A DNA stretch of 64,000 bases from Chrysomallon squamiferum. Lineage: Eukaryota > Animalia > Mollusca. A program made the translations under genes and the position numbers. The notes under the pieces were generated by a model. It did no database searches. It was not told the DNA's origin and saw only the letters and a program-made list of their open reading frames with translations. Below are positions 46,501-62,100 of this stretch, in pieces. Numbering within the stretch: position 1 is the first letter of the stretch; each line of letters begins with the position of its first letter. The stretch spans positions 24,490,001 through 24,554,000 of the forward strand of contig CM022672.1 in assembly GCA_012295275.1 (NCBI GenBank). The letters are read 5' to 3'.

Positions 46501-49500
46501 GAGGTTTTATATTGAATATAAAACAATAGATGAAACCTCAAGTCACAGAACAGTGGTAATTTTTGTTATTAAACTGATTTTAAATGTTGAATAGAATTTA
46601 TAATTAAAATGTAGAAAATATAATATGCCTTTTCACTCTTTTCTTTAAAAATACATGGTATTCAGTGTGTTGAAATTATAATTTATAGACTCCTCTACTT
46701 ACAAACTGGTTTGGTTTTGAGAAGTTGTTTGTGAATCTCTGTTCATAAATCCAACATGTTTCTGTACAGTTTTCAACAGTAATGTTCTGCATGTAAATGA
46801 ATACCGTGTAACCTACAAATGTATATGGTGTAAAAAATATGTAAGTACAGGAAAAATATATCCTGTTATTTATGGGGGTGTGTGAAGAATCTAATAAATA
46901 AATTAAATATATAATGACTTGAATAACATTTTTAATTGTACCTTGAAAAAATGGCAATGTCAGCATGCATGGACTGGCTTTAAGTTGTGAACTAGATGAG
47001 ACATTGGGAGATAATGTGTATTCTGCACTTATGTTTGTAAAGTAATTTGTTGTATTCTAATAAGCATAGATGCATATGTAATCATGTCACTTGTTAATCC
47101 CAGATACATTTCTTAACATTCATGTAATCTTGACTTTTCCATAATATCTGCATTTTCATTATAAATTCAGAAATGTCTTTTATTTCAAATTTCAAAGTGC
47201 TTGTACAGATAATGTATTGGCATAATGTTTATAGTTTTAAAGGTGAAAATAATAGGCTTCCAATATTTTGCATTACTAGTGTTGCTGTTTTTGTTGGTTT
47301 TTTATACATTTTTATTGCAACAATAGGTAAGCAAAATAGGCAGCATAGCATTATAAATCTGAAGAATCACTGGGTTATTCTAATCTATTTTTATTTGTAT
47401 AGACTTACCACGTAAATGCCCAATCTCATGAACTTGTTTTTATCAAGCCAAGCTTCAAAGCTACAGAAATTAAGTTGAAAATTACTGATAACACTATTTG
47501 CAAAGGCTATCAGTGGGATTTAACAGGTCATCTTACAGGTATCTATTTCCAATATTTCCATAGTTTACTTAAAATCAGAAGGAAGAAAAAATATTATTTA
47601 GCAAAGTTAAATATATCCATCTTTTATTCTAAAACCTGGTTTTAACAATGTGAAAATCAATAATTTACATATTCAGATTGTGTTAATACAAATATTATTT
47701 TGTTTCAGTTTAACATACAGTACTCAAAACAGTATACGTCTGTTCATTATTTGAACTGAATCTTTGGTGGAGTGATAAAATAAATCCAAACAAAACCATG
47801 AAAATGCATTATACTAACTCTGGATTTTCAAAATGTGAAGAAAAACTTCAAACAAATCATTCCAATATTGTTATACTATATGTTATTCTATATTATATAT
47901 AAACTTAATGTCTGAAAGATGTTTCCATAATTTGATCCATATTAATTACATTAAACTTTCATTTATCAGGACGTGGTGCAGTTGATGAATGTCTAACAAG
48001 TCCATGTGATCATTTTTGTATTGATACACCAGAAAGTTTTTACTGTAGATGTAAGAAAAACTATCATCTATTTATTGATGGAAAAACATGTTTACCAGGT
48101 AAAATTTAAATGATAATTGACTTTAAGTGGACATGCAATGGTGAAATAACTTCTTTTTCTTTCTTTTTTTAATTCTTATTACTTTTGGCTGAACTTTCAA
48201 AACAATGTCAGTTATAAATTAGAAAATAGATTTAAAAAAAAAAAGCAAAATCTATAAAACTTGCACAGGCCTAGACTGGGTGGATTTCATTGGTTTGAGC
48301 TCAAATCTGGATTTCTATAACTGATGTGTCAAATGCACTCAAATTTTGCAAGTAAATTTTTAGAATGCATATATATGTTATATCAGAGATTTTTCTTTGG
48401 TTTTTCACTTCCAGTGTTACATTTTATTTGTGCAAATTTGTCTGAAATAGCTGTGAATCAATCAGATGATAAAATCTGGTAAACAGTGATGACAGATAAG
48501 CAAAGAAGCATGGATTTGCAGCCATATGGCACATTTTAGCCAATCATTGTTGCTTATTCAACACTGCCTCAATTGTCATAACATTTAAATAGCATGGCCT
48601 CCTTTTTTAGCCTATAATTCATCGAAACAGCCAAATAATTACATCACATTGCTATGCCATCATAAAATGCAAAAATATAGCTTTCTACCAGAATGCAGTT
48701 TGTCAACAAATATTCAAACTGGCGGAAAATATTTGTATTCAAGCAGTGAGCAATTTTTCAATACATTTTGTGTCACTGAACATAAACAAAGGAAATAAAA
48801 TGACAAGGTATTGCAAAAACTTATTTTTATTGTGTTTATCACATTTATTCACGACAAAAGCAAGCAGTTAGATAAAAAAAAATTTTTTTAAATTCTTGCA
48901 GAAGAAGAAAACTATAGGATAACTAGCAGAATGCTGAAAGGGTGTTTTAAATAGTATGCAATAAAAATTATTTTTTTTGATATTTGTTTTAATCTTCACA
49001 TTAGTTTTTTAAACAGTAATAAAAAATAACAGCATTGTGAAAAAATCATTGCACGAATTAAGTTATTTTACATACATTTTCATATTCAGTTAACACAGTT
49101 TTATTTAACAGAAGGATGATTTGTGTGTGTGTGAGATTTTTTTCTTCAGAGAAAGATAACTTTATTAAATGTTAATCTAGTTTCTGATTTAAAGAAACAA
49201 ACAGGAATCCTTGTTTATAAATAGTATCAAATTAAACATTACAAAAATAACAGATTCTTTAATATGCTTCTTATTACAGATGTCTTTCCTGTTGAGAATC
49301 CTACACTTTTGGTACCGGACTATTATGTATTTAAAGATTCATTTCAAAGTCAAGTGCAAGTAGGAGCTTACTATGGATTCTTTCCAAATGAAAAATCTTT
49401 TGATGAAGCAACAGAACACTGTGCAAAACATGGAGGATTTCTACCATCTGTTCATAAGATCTCAGAGCATAGACTAATGTACCCACATCTTCTGAAACAC

Positions 49501-52500
49501 TCAAACTGTACTAAATGGTTCTTAGGTAAATACTTTTTTTTATTATTCACGAATAATCTATACCATAACTCTGATAAAAAGCATGGAGGATATTTTTAAT
49601 AATATGTAAGTAAAAAATTTAGGGTATTTCCATTCAATATATCTAAAGATTTCTAGCCCTCATACTGACCACAGATGTAGATTGGACAGTGTAGAATGAG
49701 GATTTGAATATATCGAAATCCCCTAACAGTTTAGCCCTAGCAGGGACACAGTTATTTGAGATATGCATATTTAAATTCTAATTAATAATTGTAATTGTTA
49801 GATATTTTAATCTTTAGAAAAATATATTTAATGGTGTTTTGTTTTGGGAAAATATTGGCAGCTAAAAATATTTTAATCATAAACAAAGCACCATTTATCC
49901 AATAAGCCAAATTTTTAGAAAAAAAAAAAAAAATCAGAATTCCCCATCTATTCAATTAAATATACAGATCATTAATATTTTCAGCCTTTTCTTCTCAGGT
50001 CTTAATGGATCGTCTGTTATACATACCAGCTGGCAGGATGGCAGTTGGGTTGATTTTACATTGTTTAGTGTGTCTCTTCCTGAATTTGGACATCAAAATA
50101 TAGCTGCTTTTATGGATAAAAAATTATTTTATCTATGGAATGTGGCTCCTTTTAACAGTGTTAAAGCCTGTGTGGTATGCCAGTATCAACATAAAGGTCA
50201 GAAAATATCTGAATATTTCACTGATATAAAAAGTAAACTAGATACTTACAAACCTAATAAAATATTATCAATACCACTGTGCAATTCTTAAATCTTTTTA
50301 AAGAGATTTTGCTTTCGTGGGATAGGCAAGTTTATAATGGTAATAAAAAGCCACAATTAAAACAGGGAGATTTATTTCTGTATCTTAAGAACAGTAGCAG
50401 GAATAATAAATTTTGTGTCCAAACAAATAGCATGACTAATCATTTTAATATACATTTTTTCAAACATATATTATTTTCAGACTGTAATCAGCCAGTACTT
50501 AAATCAAAAGCAAGACACATCAAATGGACATATAAGCCATTGTCATTAAAGAAATCCTTTGATAATTTTGTCATTGGACTTGAAAACTTTCTGACTTTTT
50601 ATCCTATCTATGAAAAAGAAGGCTACATTCAGGTGTGTTTATTTTAAATGAAAATTTGTATAGCATTTGTAAATTCGTGATAAGATGCTAATTTCTGATG
50701 GTCTTACAGTATGAATCTTACACATGTATTAAGAATTCTATAAGTTCAACCTTTTTCTGATGAAAATTTGCTGTTAAACTACATTAAATGAAACTATTTT
50801 TAAATTCTTTTGTGCAATGTTTTAACATATAATTTCTGAAATACTATCTGAAGATTAATTTAGGTCAACAAATAGTGAATATGGAAATCAGAAGTGATAA
50901 TGTATAGCATGTAAAGATGAAAATGCTTTAATATATAGTGAAATGTGATGAATATCCAGTACATTAACAAAAAGCAAACAAAATAAATATTTATATTGTT
51001 TGGTTTTGTAAAAATATTAATACATTTAAGAATTACAAATACAACTGATTCTCTGAATGAATTTCCTTCTGTTTAATTTTGCAGGCTGATTTTCAAATTG
51101 ACTTTGTACTACATTTCTTCAAGTGTGTTTCAAATCGAGGAGACAGCGAACCAACATCAATGAGAAACATATTCAACATTGAATATTCACTGGATCAGTT
51201 TGAAGTGTTTTCATTTATTGCAGACCAATATAATCAGCAAATGGTAAACTGGAATATTTTTTTTCTTATTTTTTTAATCGAATAATAGTCCTTTCTTATT
51301 GATTTCAGAGATATATTCTGAATAGCAGTGTATTATTGCTTTACTCTTTCCATAAGGACTTAGTAATTGTTTAAGGAAATATTAGTATTTTAGATTATAT
51401 TTCCTATGATAAAACAAAAACACATTTATATATATATTTTTGAACTCAATTTGTTTAAAGTTTCTCAGTTATTTAAAAAAAAAATGTATTAAGATAATAA
51501 TTGGAAAGGATTTACAGAACCTTTTTTGTTCTCTACACCCTGTAGTTTGTAGCAGTTAAAATCAACTATTAGAAACACAGGATTTAATTATATGTTGAAT
51601 TTGTCTTGAATGGCATTTTTAAAGGAATTTTCATGTGGACCTCAAGCTTATGTTGTCAAGTCAATTCCACTGCTTCCACCAGTTATAGCAAGATTTATTA
51701 GAATGTCCTGGAAGTATGAAAGGAAGCCATCATTCACAATTTCCATTGAACTGTTTGGATGTCCTGCACGAACTTCAGGTAATCTAACCATTTAATAAGC
51801 AAGAGCCTCAAAAAGTTTTAAACTGATTACATTTTCACTTAAAGTTTATCCTTTTTCTTTAATATCATTATTATTTATTGTCAAACTCAAAAGGGCTTAT
51901 TTTGGTCATGTCTATGTGATTGACTTTTTATGGTTATTGTTATTTATTTATTTTTACATAAACAATATATCTTCTAATAATATATCTACAGAGAGACAAA
52001 ATACCAGTTATAATTATTACTTGTATATGTATTATATTTTCACCATTGTTTTGCAACAGAGCTATCTTTAATGTTGTTTTTCATTAGATGTAGGACAGAT
52101 AAACACTGAATGTGGAAACAGACCCAGTCAGTATTCACTACTCCCATCTCTCAGATCTTTCACATGTTTTTACAAACGGTGCATAGGAACAAGAATGAAT
52201 TGTGGTAATATTCGTTATTACTATGATTTGGGTTTTGACAGTTGTTCCTCATTGGGACCTTGTGATAATTTGCCCTGTAAAGATGGATCAATATGCTTGG
52301 AGAGAAGACATAATTTTAAATGTCACTGCCCAGTTACAATAGATGGAGACTGCAGTAAGTATGAACTTAATAAATACAATTTTTTTAAAAATGTGCTTCT
52401 GCTAGATAATGCAAGAGCCAGGTTGATTAAGGTATATCAAACTGGTGAACAAATACTGATATATGAACTCTATGGAGTCACTTAATGGATATTCCAGATT

Positions 52501-55500
52501 GTTAGTGTGGTATCTTTTGGTGGCCAAAATACCCATAAAGTGAGCTTCTTGTTGTTTGTCTTTGTTTTTTTTCTGTGGAAAGGAGCTCAGAAAAGATATT
52601 TGCCACTAACAAAAAGGAGTAGCCCACAAAATGTGGTTTAAAACTATGCATTCGATGTCATAGATTAACAATGTGTTGAGTTCATCATTAAATATTATAT
52701 TTCCAATTTAATATTTTAAGTAAATTCTTTAAGAAAAAGCCATAAAAGAATCTTATTTATTCAGAATTCAGATTAACTAGGGATTAATTATAGGTATTAC
52801 TTTAAAAAAGCATAATTTCAGTAACAAACTTATTTTATCTCAATATTTTTTTTGTTTCAGAGTATGTTTCAGAGATGCATGTTATGATTGAAAATAGTCT
52901 AATCAAAGTAGATGATTATGTCACAGTTTACTTTGTTCTGAAAGACACAAAGAAAAATCTTAAGTTTTATATTAATGTAACAGAAGAATATTCCTGTACA
53001 CCAGAATTACATATGCTTTCGGAGCCAAATGGTTTTCAGTATTATTGTGGCATAATAAAATATCAAATAACAGATGCAGGCACATTCAATGTAACAGCAA
53101 AACGAACTGTTAAAGGGTTTCTTCAGTCTAGTAACACTGCAACATTTAGAGTTTCTTTTCTTAATCAAGTAACCAAGGTATGTTTGGGAAGTTTAAGAAT
53201 CACTGGTGCTGCAAAGAGCATGCAGTTGGCTTTTGTATATGAAATAGGAAAGAAGTTGTATTTCAGATCATCAGGTACAGGAGCTTGTCAAAATAAACCA
53301 AATTTTATTATAACATCATACAGATGGACCCTCAAATCTTACAAATTTAAGGATGCTTTGCGATGCTACACCAACAAAGATTTTGATGCAGTAAGGTTAC
53401 CTTTTCAAATAGGAAATAAAAATACTTTAACAGTGCCAAGTGATATGCTGAAGGAAGGATTATACCGACTCTGTCTTAATATTACAGTTTTCTATTTTGA
53501 AACATATCACAAAGAATCATGTGTAAGTAAACAAAACCTGTTTCAACAACCTTTTTTTTTCTCTTTAAAAAATATGGCTTTGTCATTTAATAAAAGGTGG
53601 TAATTTAATCATTTATATAATACCATGTTTTCTTTTCATTTACTGAGTAGCAAAAATTGTGATGTTTTAGTCTGTAGAGTACCTTTGGTGAGATTAAATT
53701 ATTTTGATCTTAATAAAGGATTAAAATATTGTTAAATCTTTATCTGAAACAAAATACTGCTGAACGATGAAGTTGTTTTCATATATTTGTTGTTTCATTC
53801 TAGTACATAGAATAGACTGTATTTCAAAATAAACATACTGGTCTCTGCCTTCAGTTAATGATCTTCTTTGAGGAAATAATTCTTTAGTATTTGTGGCTTA
53901 AAATAAGTCCAAATTGAGAATTCCAAGCACCTGCTGAATTCAGTAAAAGTATTAAATAAAATTATTTATTGGAATTATTTATTTTGTCCTGTTAGCCTCT
54001 CTTGTTCTCAGTTACTGTGTTTAGTTCCATAACTTTTAAAAATATTTATTTTTAATTTTTCAGTTAGTTTTTTTTTTTTCAGGGTTTTTTTAAAATATAT
54101 ATACCACCTCTGAAGGTTATTATTGAGCCATCTGAGATTCATCAAGTTATTCCAAACAATTTTCCAGTAATACTGGATGCTTCACAAAGCATGGATCCAA
54201 AAACAGGCGACAGTTATGGTCTCAAGTAAGTGTTTTTTTTTTTTAATATATGTGGTTCAACATTAATTATTATTATTTCAGTAATTTATTTTTCATAAAA
54301 TACAAAAGATTCAATATCCAAAGAAAATAGTTTGTTTAAAACATGTAAATACTTTATTTTTTAAAACTTAATAGTTTTCAAACATTGAACTTTATTAGAA
54401 ATATGTTTTACATTATTTCAGATACCAGTGGTATTGTAATAAAAAAAGTGGAAAACCTGGTTGTGAAAATGTAAAACAGAGTTTTCTTTCTGATTCAGAT
54501 TTTGATTATATGACTCCAGATATGTTGCCAGTTACAGGTATCTCCAAAAAGTACTGCAGAAATCAATTTTAATATTATATGTTTATAATTGTAAGCAACA
54601 AGTTTATGTGACAGAGGTTGCTGTTTCTTTGTTTTTATATTTTTCAAACATATAACTTTCTCTGATGCTCATTGTTATAACTATATCAGACAAATTAAAT
54701 TGCACACTTCCTTTAATCAATGTAGAGTTGGTAAGAAAAACATTATCGTAATTCAGAATATTATGTTTAAATAAGCTTTAAAACGTTTTACAAAATATCA
54801 GTATCTCAAAATTAGGCATACTCTTCCTTATGCCTTAACACAGCAAGGGGTTTTCAGATTTACATTACAAGGTCATCCACGAAAATCATCATCATGTAGA
54901 AATCTGCAGGTAAAAATAGTAATAACATTACAGATTAAAACCCATTGGAAGTGACCACTTTACAATTGTATATATCTAATTTTGAGTTCAAAATAACAAA
55001 ATAATGTGTAAAAGCACATTTCTAAATTTTGATCATTAAATAAAAAGTGTAACATCTGGTATTAATCTTTAACACAGAGCCTGTACTGAATATACAAAAA
55101 GGATATATGACTGTGAATGAAACATACTTCATAACTGTCGAAATTAGTAAAGATGGTTTGGAATCAAGAAAAACTGTGACAGTGCATAGTTTGCCATCAA
55201 ATGCTCCAAAGCTCAGAATCAGGTAATCTTTATGTTTCTTTAGACATACCATACCTTTTATGATGTTTTCAGAAAAACAGCAAATATTATCCACAAATAA
55301 ACAATGTACAATTGGACTGTGGGTGGTTTTACGGTATATAGTTGTTAACAGCCAAAAGTAACCAACAGAATACGGTAAATAATTCACAGTTTTTCTCCAT
55401 CCAGTTTCCTGTTGTAAAAACATTTGTTTCATCTGTGAGCTAGGATTAATTTGAAAGTTGCCTCTTCTAGAGATGCCACTAATAATCCAAAGGAAACTAT

Positions 55501-56078
55501 CAGACAGAATTTCCTGTAAACATTAATCTTTGTAGTGCACCCATGACAGAATGGAAAGAACCAAAGTTTTGCAAATTCTGTACTGATTGAGTTAGTGCTG
55601 TACTTCATTGTTTCTTCATTCTAATTTCCTTTACAACATTTTTATTAAAATTATTATTTCTCTAGTTATTTATGTAGTTTTTATTTTTATTTTTAGCTTG
55701 TTATATTCAAACTGATGCCTATCGCTGACATTATCTCTTAGCCTAAATTAATAATGAATCCAGAAATTTATAATAATATACAAAAATAAAATAAACAAAC
55801 AAAATTAATTAAAATAATTAAAAAAAAATAAAGATTATGCCGAACTTCAGTAATTATAAAGTAAAAAAAAAATGTGAGATAGATATCTCATTTTGAAAGA
55901 ACATATCTCCAGAAGTGATTATTATATTAAGGTGAATTTTTTCCTTTGTCATAATTTAGTACTGCTTTAGAAAACAAGTCATGAAAAGCATGCTGAAATT
56001 TAATTTTATCTGCACTTAACAAAATTACTTCAGAACAAGTGAAGCAAATGCTATAACAAATGCTATAATCACACACAT

Positions 56079-56135
<57 letters not shown>

Positions 56136-59100
56136 GTCTTTGCTTTGTGTTTCCCTGTGTACATCATTTCTCTAACATATCAGCAACCAATAAGGGACAA
56201 ATTTCAGTTGGCATCATTTCTGTTTTGAAATTGCATCATTTTGAACAAATAAAAAGGAAAGTATGAGTATTATGTGAATGTCAAGCAGCATCATATAAGT
56301 AATACCATTATGTTGTCTTCCTACAATGCATTGCAAGTACCTTGTATACATTAGTCTTATTTTAGATGTTACCTTTGCTCAACTATCTCAGTTTAATTAC
56401 GTCAACTTTTAACTATGTCAGCTAAATCTCATGTATGTGGAAACTCATTTGGTGGTAGAAGTGAAGTTGTAGTAGAATTGGTTTAGAAATTAAGCTAGAG
56501 GTAATAAAATGCTGTAAAAGTAGTGATCAGTGGTGACAATTTAGTGCTAGAATGTATATCTAAGTTATTTACATTAATTCCTCTTTATACATTGTTTTCA
56601 TTATATATACTGAGGACTCTTATATATATATATGCATGCATAGTTTGTTTTGAATAATTATTTTATAGTCAAATACATTTTTCTTTATTTTGTTTTTAGA
56701 TGTCTTCATAACTGTAGAGAAGAAGTCACCTCATCTGAGATTTTATCATTGTCAGTGGTCTGTGAAAACTGTGTCTCTGTAAATACATCCCTGGTTAAAT
56801 ATAAGTGGCTGTTATCTAGCAAAAAACTAGGTAACATCCCATATTCAGTTTGGAAAAGTAAATCAAGCACTGGCAATGATAAAGAGGCAATAGTATTAAA
56901 AGAAAAAACACTTAACTTCTCTGATACATATGTATTTACAGTCAGTGGTGAGCTCTGCAATACTTCTTTTTTTTTGTTTTTTGTTTTTTTGGTGTGTGTA
57001 AACAATTTACAGTTTGCAAAAGAACATGCTATTACTGAAAATAATTACAACAATAATAATTTTTTTTGTAACAGTTACATGGTTTTCAACAAATCATTGT
57101 GCATGTAATTCTCAAAATATGTGACATCAGAGAAATAATTAAATAATAATATAATATAGTTTTTATTAAAACAATTTTAATATTTTAATCTTAATTTGGA
57201 CAGAAAAAGTCAAAAAAAAGAAAGAAAAAAAAGAAATTGAATTGCAAATCAGAATTCAAAAATGTTTTGAACTGTAATTAAATTATTAATCCAAAAATCA
57301 TTCATAATTCACAAAATATTCTTTTAAATTAGAAATATTATACATTGAATTAAAACATAATTTCACTTGATAATAAATTTCATTTTGACAAGTGGAAGTA
57401 CTGACATTTGTAAGTTTTCCTGGATGAATAAACTAAAAACAACAAAAAGCCTATTTTTGAAGGCCCAGCACTTATTATGGTTATAACTTAAAATTACAAA
57501 CTTACACTTAATATTAATTTGTTATTTTATTTTTTAATATATTAATGTAAAAAATAAATATGCTTATTAGTAACTATTTTTAAATGTGCCTGAAAAACTA
57601 ACAGTCCGGTCTGCTGGTTGTTTCTTTCCAGCAGAATGTTTTTTTAAAACAAGTCATGGTAACTAAATGTTTGATAAAACAGTCTAGAGTGATAAAAAGA
57701 ATATTAAACAATTTACTATTCATTCTTGAAAAGTAAAATTATTACTGTATTTCCATTAATATTATTCATTTATTTTCAGCCGATACAGATAATGGATTGA
57801 AAGGACATGTTATGATCACTTTAAAAACTGCCAAACCACCAGGTGGTGGAAAATGTAGCATATCTCCTAAAACAGGCAAAGCTCTCGTCACTGAGTTTGT
57901 TGTTTCGTGTGCTGGCTATTTCACCTTCAACATGCCTTTGTCATACACTGTCTACCAAAATGATTATGAAACAGGTATTATGAAATGTTTTCATACACAG
58001 TTTCAGTCACTGTTCTGAATGTTTTTTATATTGCTGAGTATCTAGGATTAAGTCATTTAGATTTTATACATATTGTTTTTGTCACAATCACCAACATCAA
58101 CAGAATATGGTTTCAGGTACCCTGTTATATCATGGATTTGAAGATACAGTAACACTTAAGCTTCCTGAAGGACCAGAAGAAATGGATTTTTGGATAACAT
58201 TAACAGTGACTGCTACAAATGCAGTTGGTACCAGAACATCATTTCCTCTTACTGTGCAGGTAAATATTCACAAGTGTATTGTGCTTATGAAATTTTAATA
58301 GGAATAATTTTCAGCAGAAAAAGCTATAATTCAGATGTGTATATTGTTATTTATAAAGTAGAACGGTAGCAAAAATTGAAAAAAGATATGATTCAAATGA
58401 TAAATAGACATTGAAGTGAAAGATTTAAAACATTTAAAAATTTTCTTATTTAAATATGAGGATTTAAACCCAAAATTTAATAAAAACGTTCGCCTGGATA
58501 CTTACCTAAGCTTTTTTCCACTCATTTCAAATTACAGTGAGTGAGTTTTTGCCATTTGATTCTCTAGAATATAAAGATTGTTCAGTTCTTACTACATTTA
58601 ATTAATAATGCTGATTCTTTACCCATAGTGTTTCAAAATCTTTATGTATGAGAAACCTTTTTCTTTCATGAATTGTGTTAATTTCCAGGTTCTGAATCCT
58701 CAAGATTCAAAAGAAACTTCTGTTGAATTTTTCGATAAAATTTTAAATGATGCATCATCTGATTTTAGATTAATGAAAACACCTGTTCAAAGTAGGTTTT
58801 TTGTGTATGGATGTGGATCTGTATGATTTTTTATATATATTTTTATTATTTTCTTGTGTGTGTGTATATGAGAGAAAGAGAGAGATTATTACTGTAGATA
58901 ACACACAAACACACACAAACAGAGAGAGAAAGAGAGAGAGAGTGTGAAATTGTATATACACTTCAGTGTTATTTCCTTTGATGAGTTATGGAATTCAAAA
59001 ATACATTTTAAATGTCTTTTTCTTCTTTTTTTAAATCTTTATATGGTTTAACCAGATATGAAAGAAAACAAGAGACCATGCAATTATCAGTAAAATAGTT

Positions 59101-62100
59101 TAATTCACATCTACCACATACATACAAAATGAATACAATTTGGTTTTTAAAATATTTCTGATTTTAGGAATAAAATAAATCTAATAATGATTTTTACATA
59201 CTAATTGTTTTAATGTCACTATTTGCATTAATAAACATGATAAAATAATTTGGTTTGTATTTTATTTCTTTTCAGATTTTCTTCAACAAGCAAAAAATGT
59301 TGTAGGAATGCTTGGTAAAAATAAGCATGCACTGTCTTCTGAAAAACTGAAGGAGTCACAAGTAAATATTATTTTCTTTGTTAGTATAAAATAAGAAATG
59401 AATGGATTTCTATAATAAGCATAGTCTAAGTATCAGCTTCATTTATCTATTTTCTGGTTGTCAGTTAAGTTTCATTTTTGTATTGTGCTTATTGAAACCT
59501 AGCTTTTGGTTTACTTGTTGATTTATATTTTCTAAGCACCAAGGTTAACTTAAATCATCAATTTATAAATAAATAATTAGTAAATATACATTTGTAAAAA
59601 ATGGTTCCAGAAACAAATCATTTGGTGTTACTGAGCATAGAATTTGAGTTGATTGGTTTGTTTTATTATTAATTTTTATTTTAAATATTGATGGAATGTT
59701 TTGTTATTTCTCAGCTATTAATGTCTGCTGTTATTTATTAAGTATGATTAAACAGTAATTTCTTTATTTAATACTGTCATTATATGTACAGAAATTTTCA
59801 ATGATTTATGCTTTATTTTAGATGCGTAATGACCTGCTAAATGATATTAGTAAAATTGACATAGATGATGAGTACACACTGTTACAGATGGCAGACATTA
59901 TGGCTGATATCACAGTACAAGAAGAGGATATGTCTAACAAGATGGAGGTAGGTTTTATGAGGCATAAATAAATTGTTTAGTAACAGCTTCAAATTTTCAT
60001 TTGTGTATTATGCTATTAGGATATGAATAGCAGTTTGTTGAAATAAACATGGATAAATAATAAATATGAAAGAAAACATTTCATAAAAAGACAAATAATG
60101 TTATAGCACTATTCATTTTTTAATCAATCCTTTACTTGACAAAACAAAATAATGATAAAGTGGCAGTATGCATAGTGTCATCTGCATCTGAATTTAACTT
60201 TTTAAATATAAATATAAAAATAAAAACTGTTATTATAATATTTATTAGCTATATTTTTATGAATACTGTTTAGCAAGATTTCTGATATTTCTGAGTGTTT
60301 TGTTGTTTAATTTATCTTTTTAATTTATTATTATTTTTAATGAAGGCAAGAGTTATAACCGCAATTTTATTAGTGATGTCAGTTAAATACATAAGTATTT
60401 TGTCTGCACAGGTTAGGAGCTTATCTGTATCCCGTAAAATTATAAAGTCCTTACTTCGAATATCAAAAGCTTCTCCAGCTATTGCAAGAGCTGTTGCCAA
60501 GTATGTTCAAATATATATATATTTCTAATATTATGAAAAGGTCCAGAAATACTTCTCTTTTTTTAAATATAAAAATTAATTATTAAATGCTGAAATAATA
60601 TTTACAACAAATTTCTAGTCTGCTGAACAATCAAATAGAATTCTTTAAACTGTTTAGTGCACATATTAGTAATCCTGTTATAAAATACTGAGGTATGATC
60701 ACTGGTTTTTAAAAATGTTGATAAATAAAAGTATAAGAAAAAATAATTTTAAAGATTTTTCTTGGGAACAGGAAGCAAACTGAATCACTGTATGCCATTA
60801 TACCATTTGCAAAAGAAGAAAAGAAGCCACCAATAGGTGTAATGCCACCAACAGTCTCACCAGAATATGCACAAAAGGTTTGTGTAACATTAAGGTTACT
60901 CTGCTACTAATACAGAATTCAACTTAATTGTATAAAATTAAAGAAAAATCTCCAATATCTTGTTAATCCAGTTTGAGTATTATAATCAAAAGTTAAAGAT
61001 TTATGTTTTAATTGTTATAATTGTTCTAATATTCAGAATGTTCTAACAACAGATATGTCAATAAATATTATTAAGTTGCTTATAAGTTTTAAATAATATA
61101 CGTGCATACACACATACATGTATAGTGACTCATGATATTTCTAGTCTTTTTAGCATTTAATTTCAAGTAGTTAAAACAAAAATAAAAATATAAAATAACT
61201 GAACTGTTAAAATATATTTGTACTTCAGAATATAGCAATTTAAATAATATTTCTAAATCTTTTCAGATGAAGAACAAATCAAAAATGATACTGAATCTGT
61301 TTTCTGAAGTTGGTGAAGCAATGCTGGGTTCACTTAAAACTGTAGTTGAAGATCCCATAAAAATCAAAACAAAACAAGCAGTGTTGTTAGTATTACGCAG
61401 AAAGCCAAATGTTAGAGAGATTCAAATTATAGCAGATGAAAAAAAGGCTGATGAAGTTGGTGGTACTTTCGTTTTCCCTAAAGCTAATACACTTGCTAGT
61501 GACTACAAAGTAACTAAACCAGTGGACACACAAGTAAATTCCATATTAAAATTTCCTTATAGGATATGTACATTAAAATTCTAAAGATAGTTTTACATCT
61601 AATTTATACTTTTCTAGGACACTGTAGTAACAACAACATTTTTAAGTGAAGTTGGTTTTGAAGTAAAGATTTAAGTGAAAATATGCATTTGGAAGATTAT
61701 GCATTTGTAAAATATATTTGATTACCTTCTATGATATACAGAAGTTTCAATATCAACATTCGATCAACAAAAATAATGTTTTTGATTGTTTCTAGTAGAT
61801 ATTTTAGAGCTTCTAGAATTTAAAAAAATAATAGAAATAAAGAAATATAAAAATTCCTTAATTTTTAAATAAAAGTTTAAAATTTTCCATTATACAGAAA
61901 TACTGGTTGTTGTTTTGTTCTAATTTTTAATTATTTTTTTTTTAATTATTATTTCTTAGTACTGTTATTAGATTATATTTTTCTTTTAGGTATTGTTCTT
62001 GGGAAAAAATCCATTTATTTGGTCACAATCAGCCAATAGCATTAATCTGCCAGTGATGAAAGTATCATTAGAAACTGAAATGAGAAGACTTTCATTATAT

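Noticed and set aside
48260-48950. Slightly GC-richer intronic stretch ending GAAAGGGT, possibly a piggyBac-like remnant (similar patches at 1-300, 7680-8000 and 8730-8900)
   Set aside because: No matching TIR pair, TSD or transposase motif could be verified by eye.
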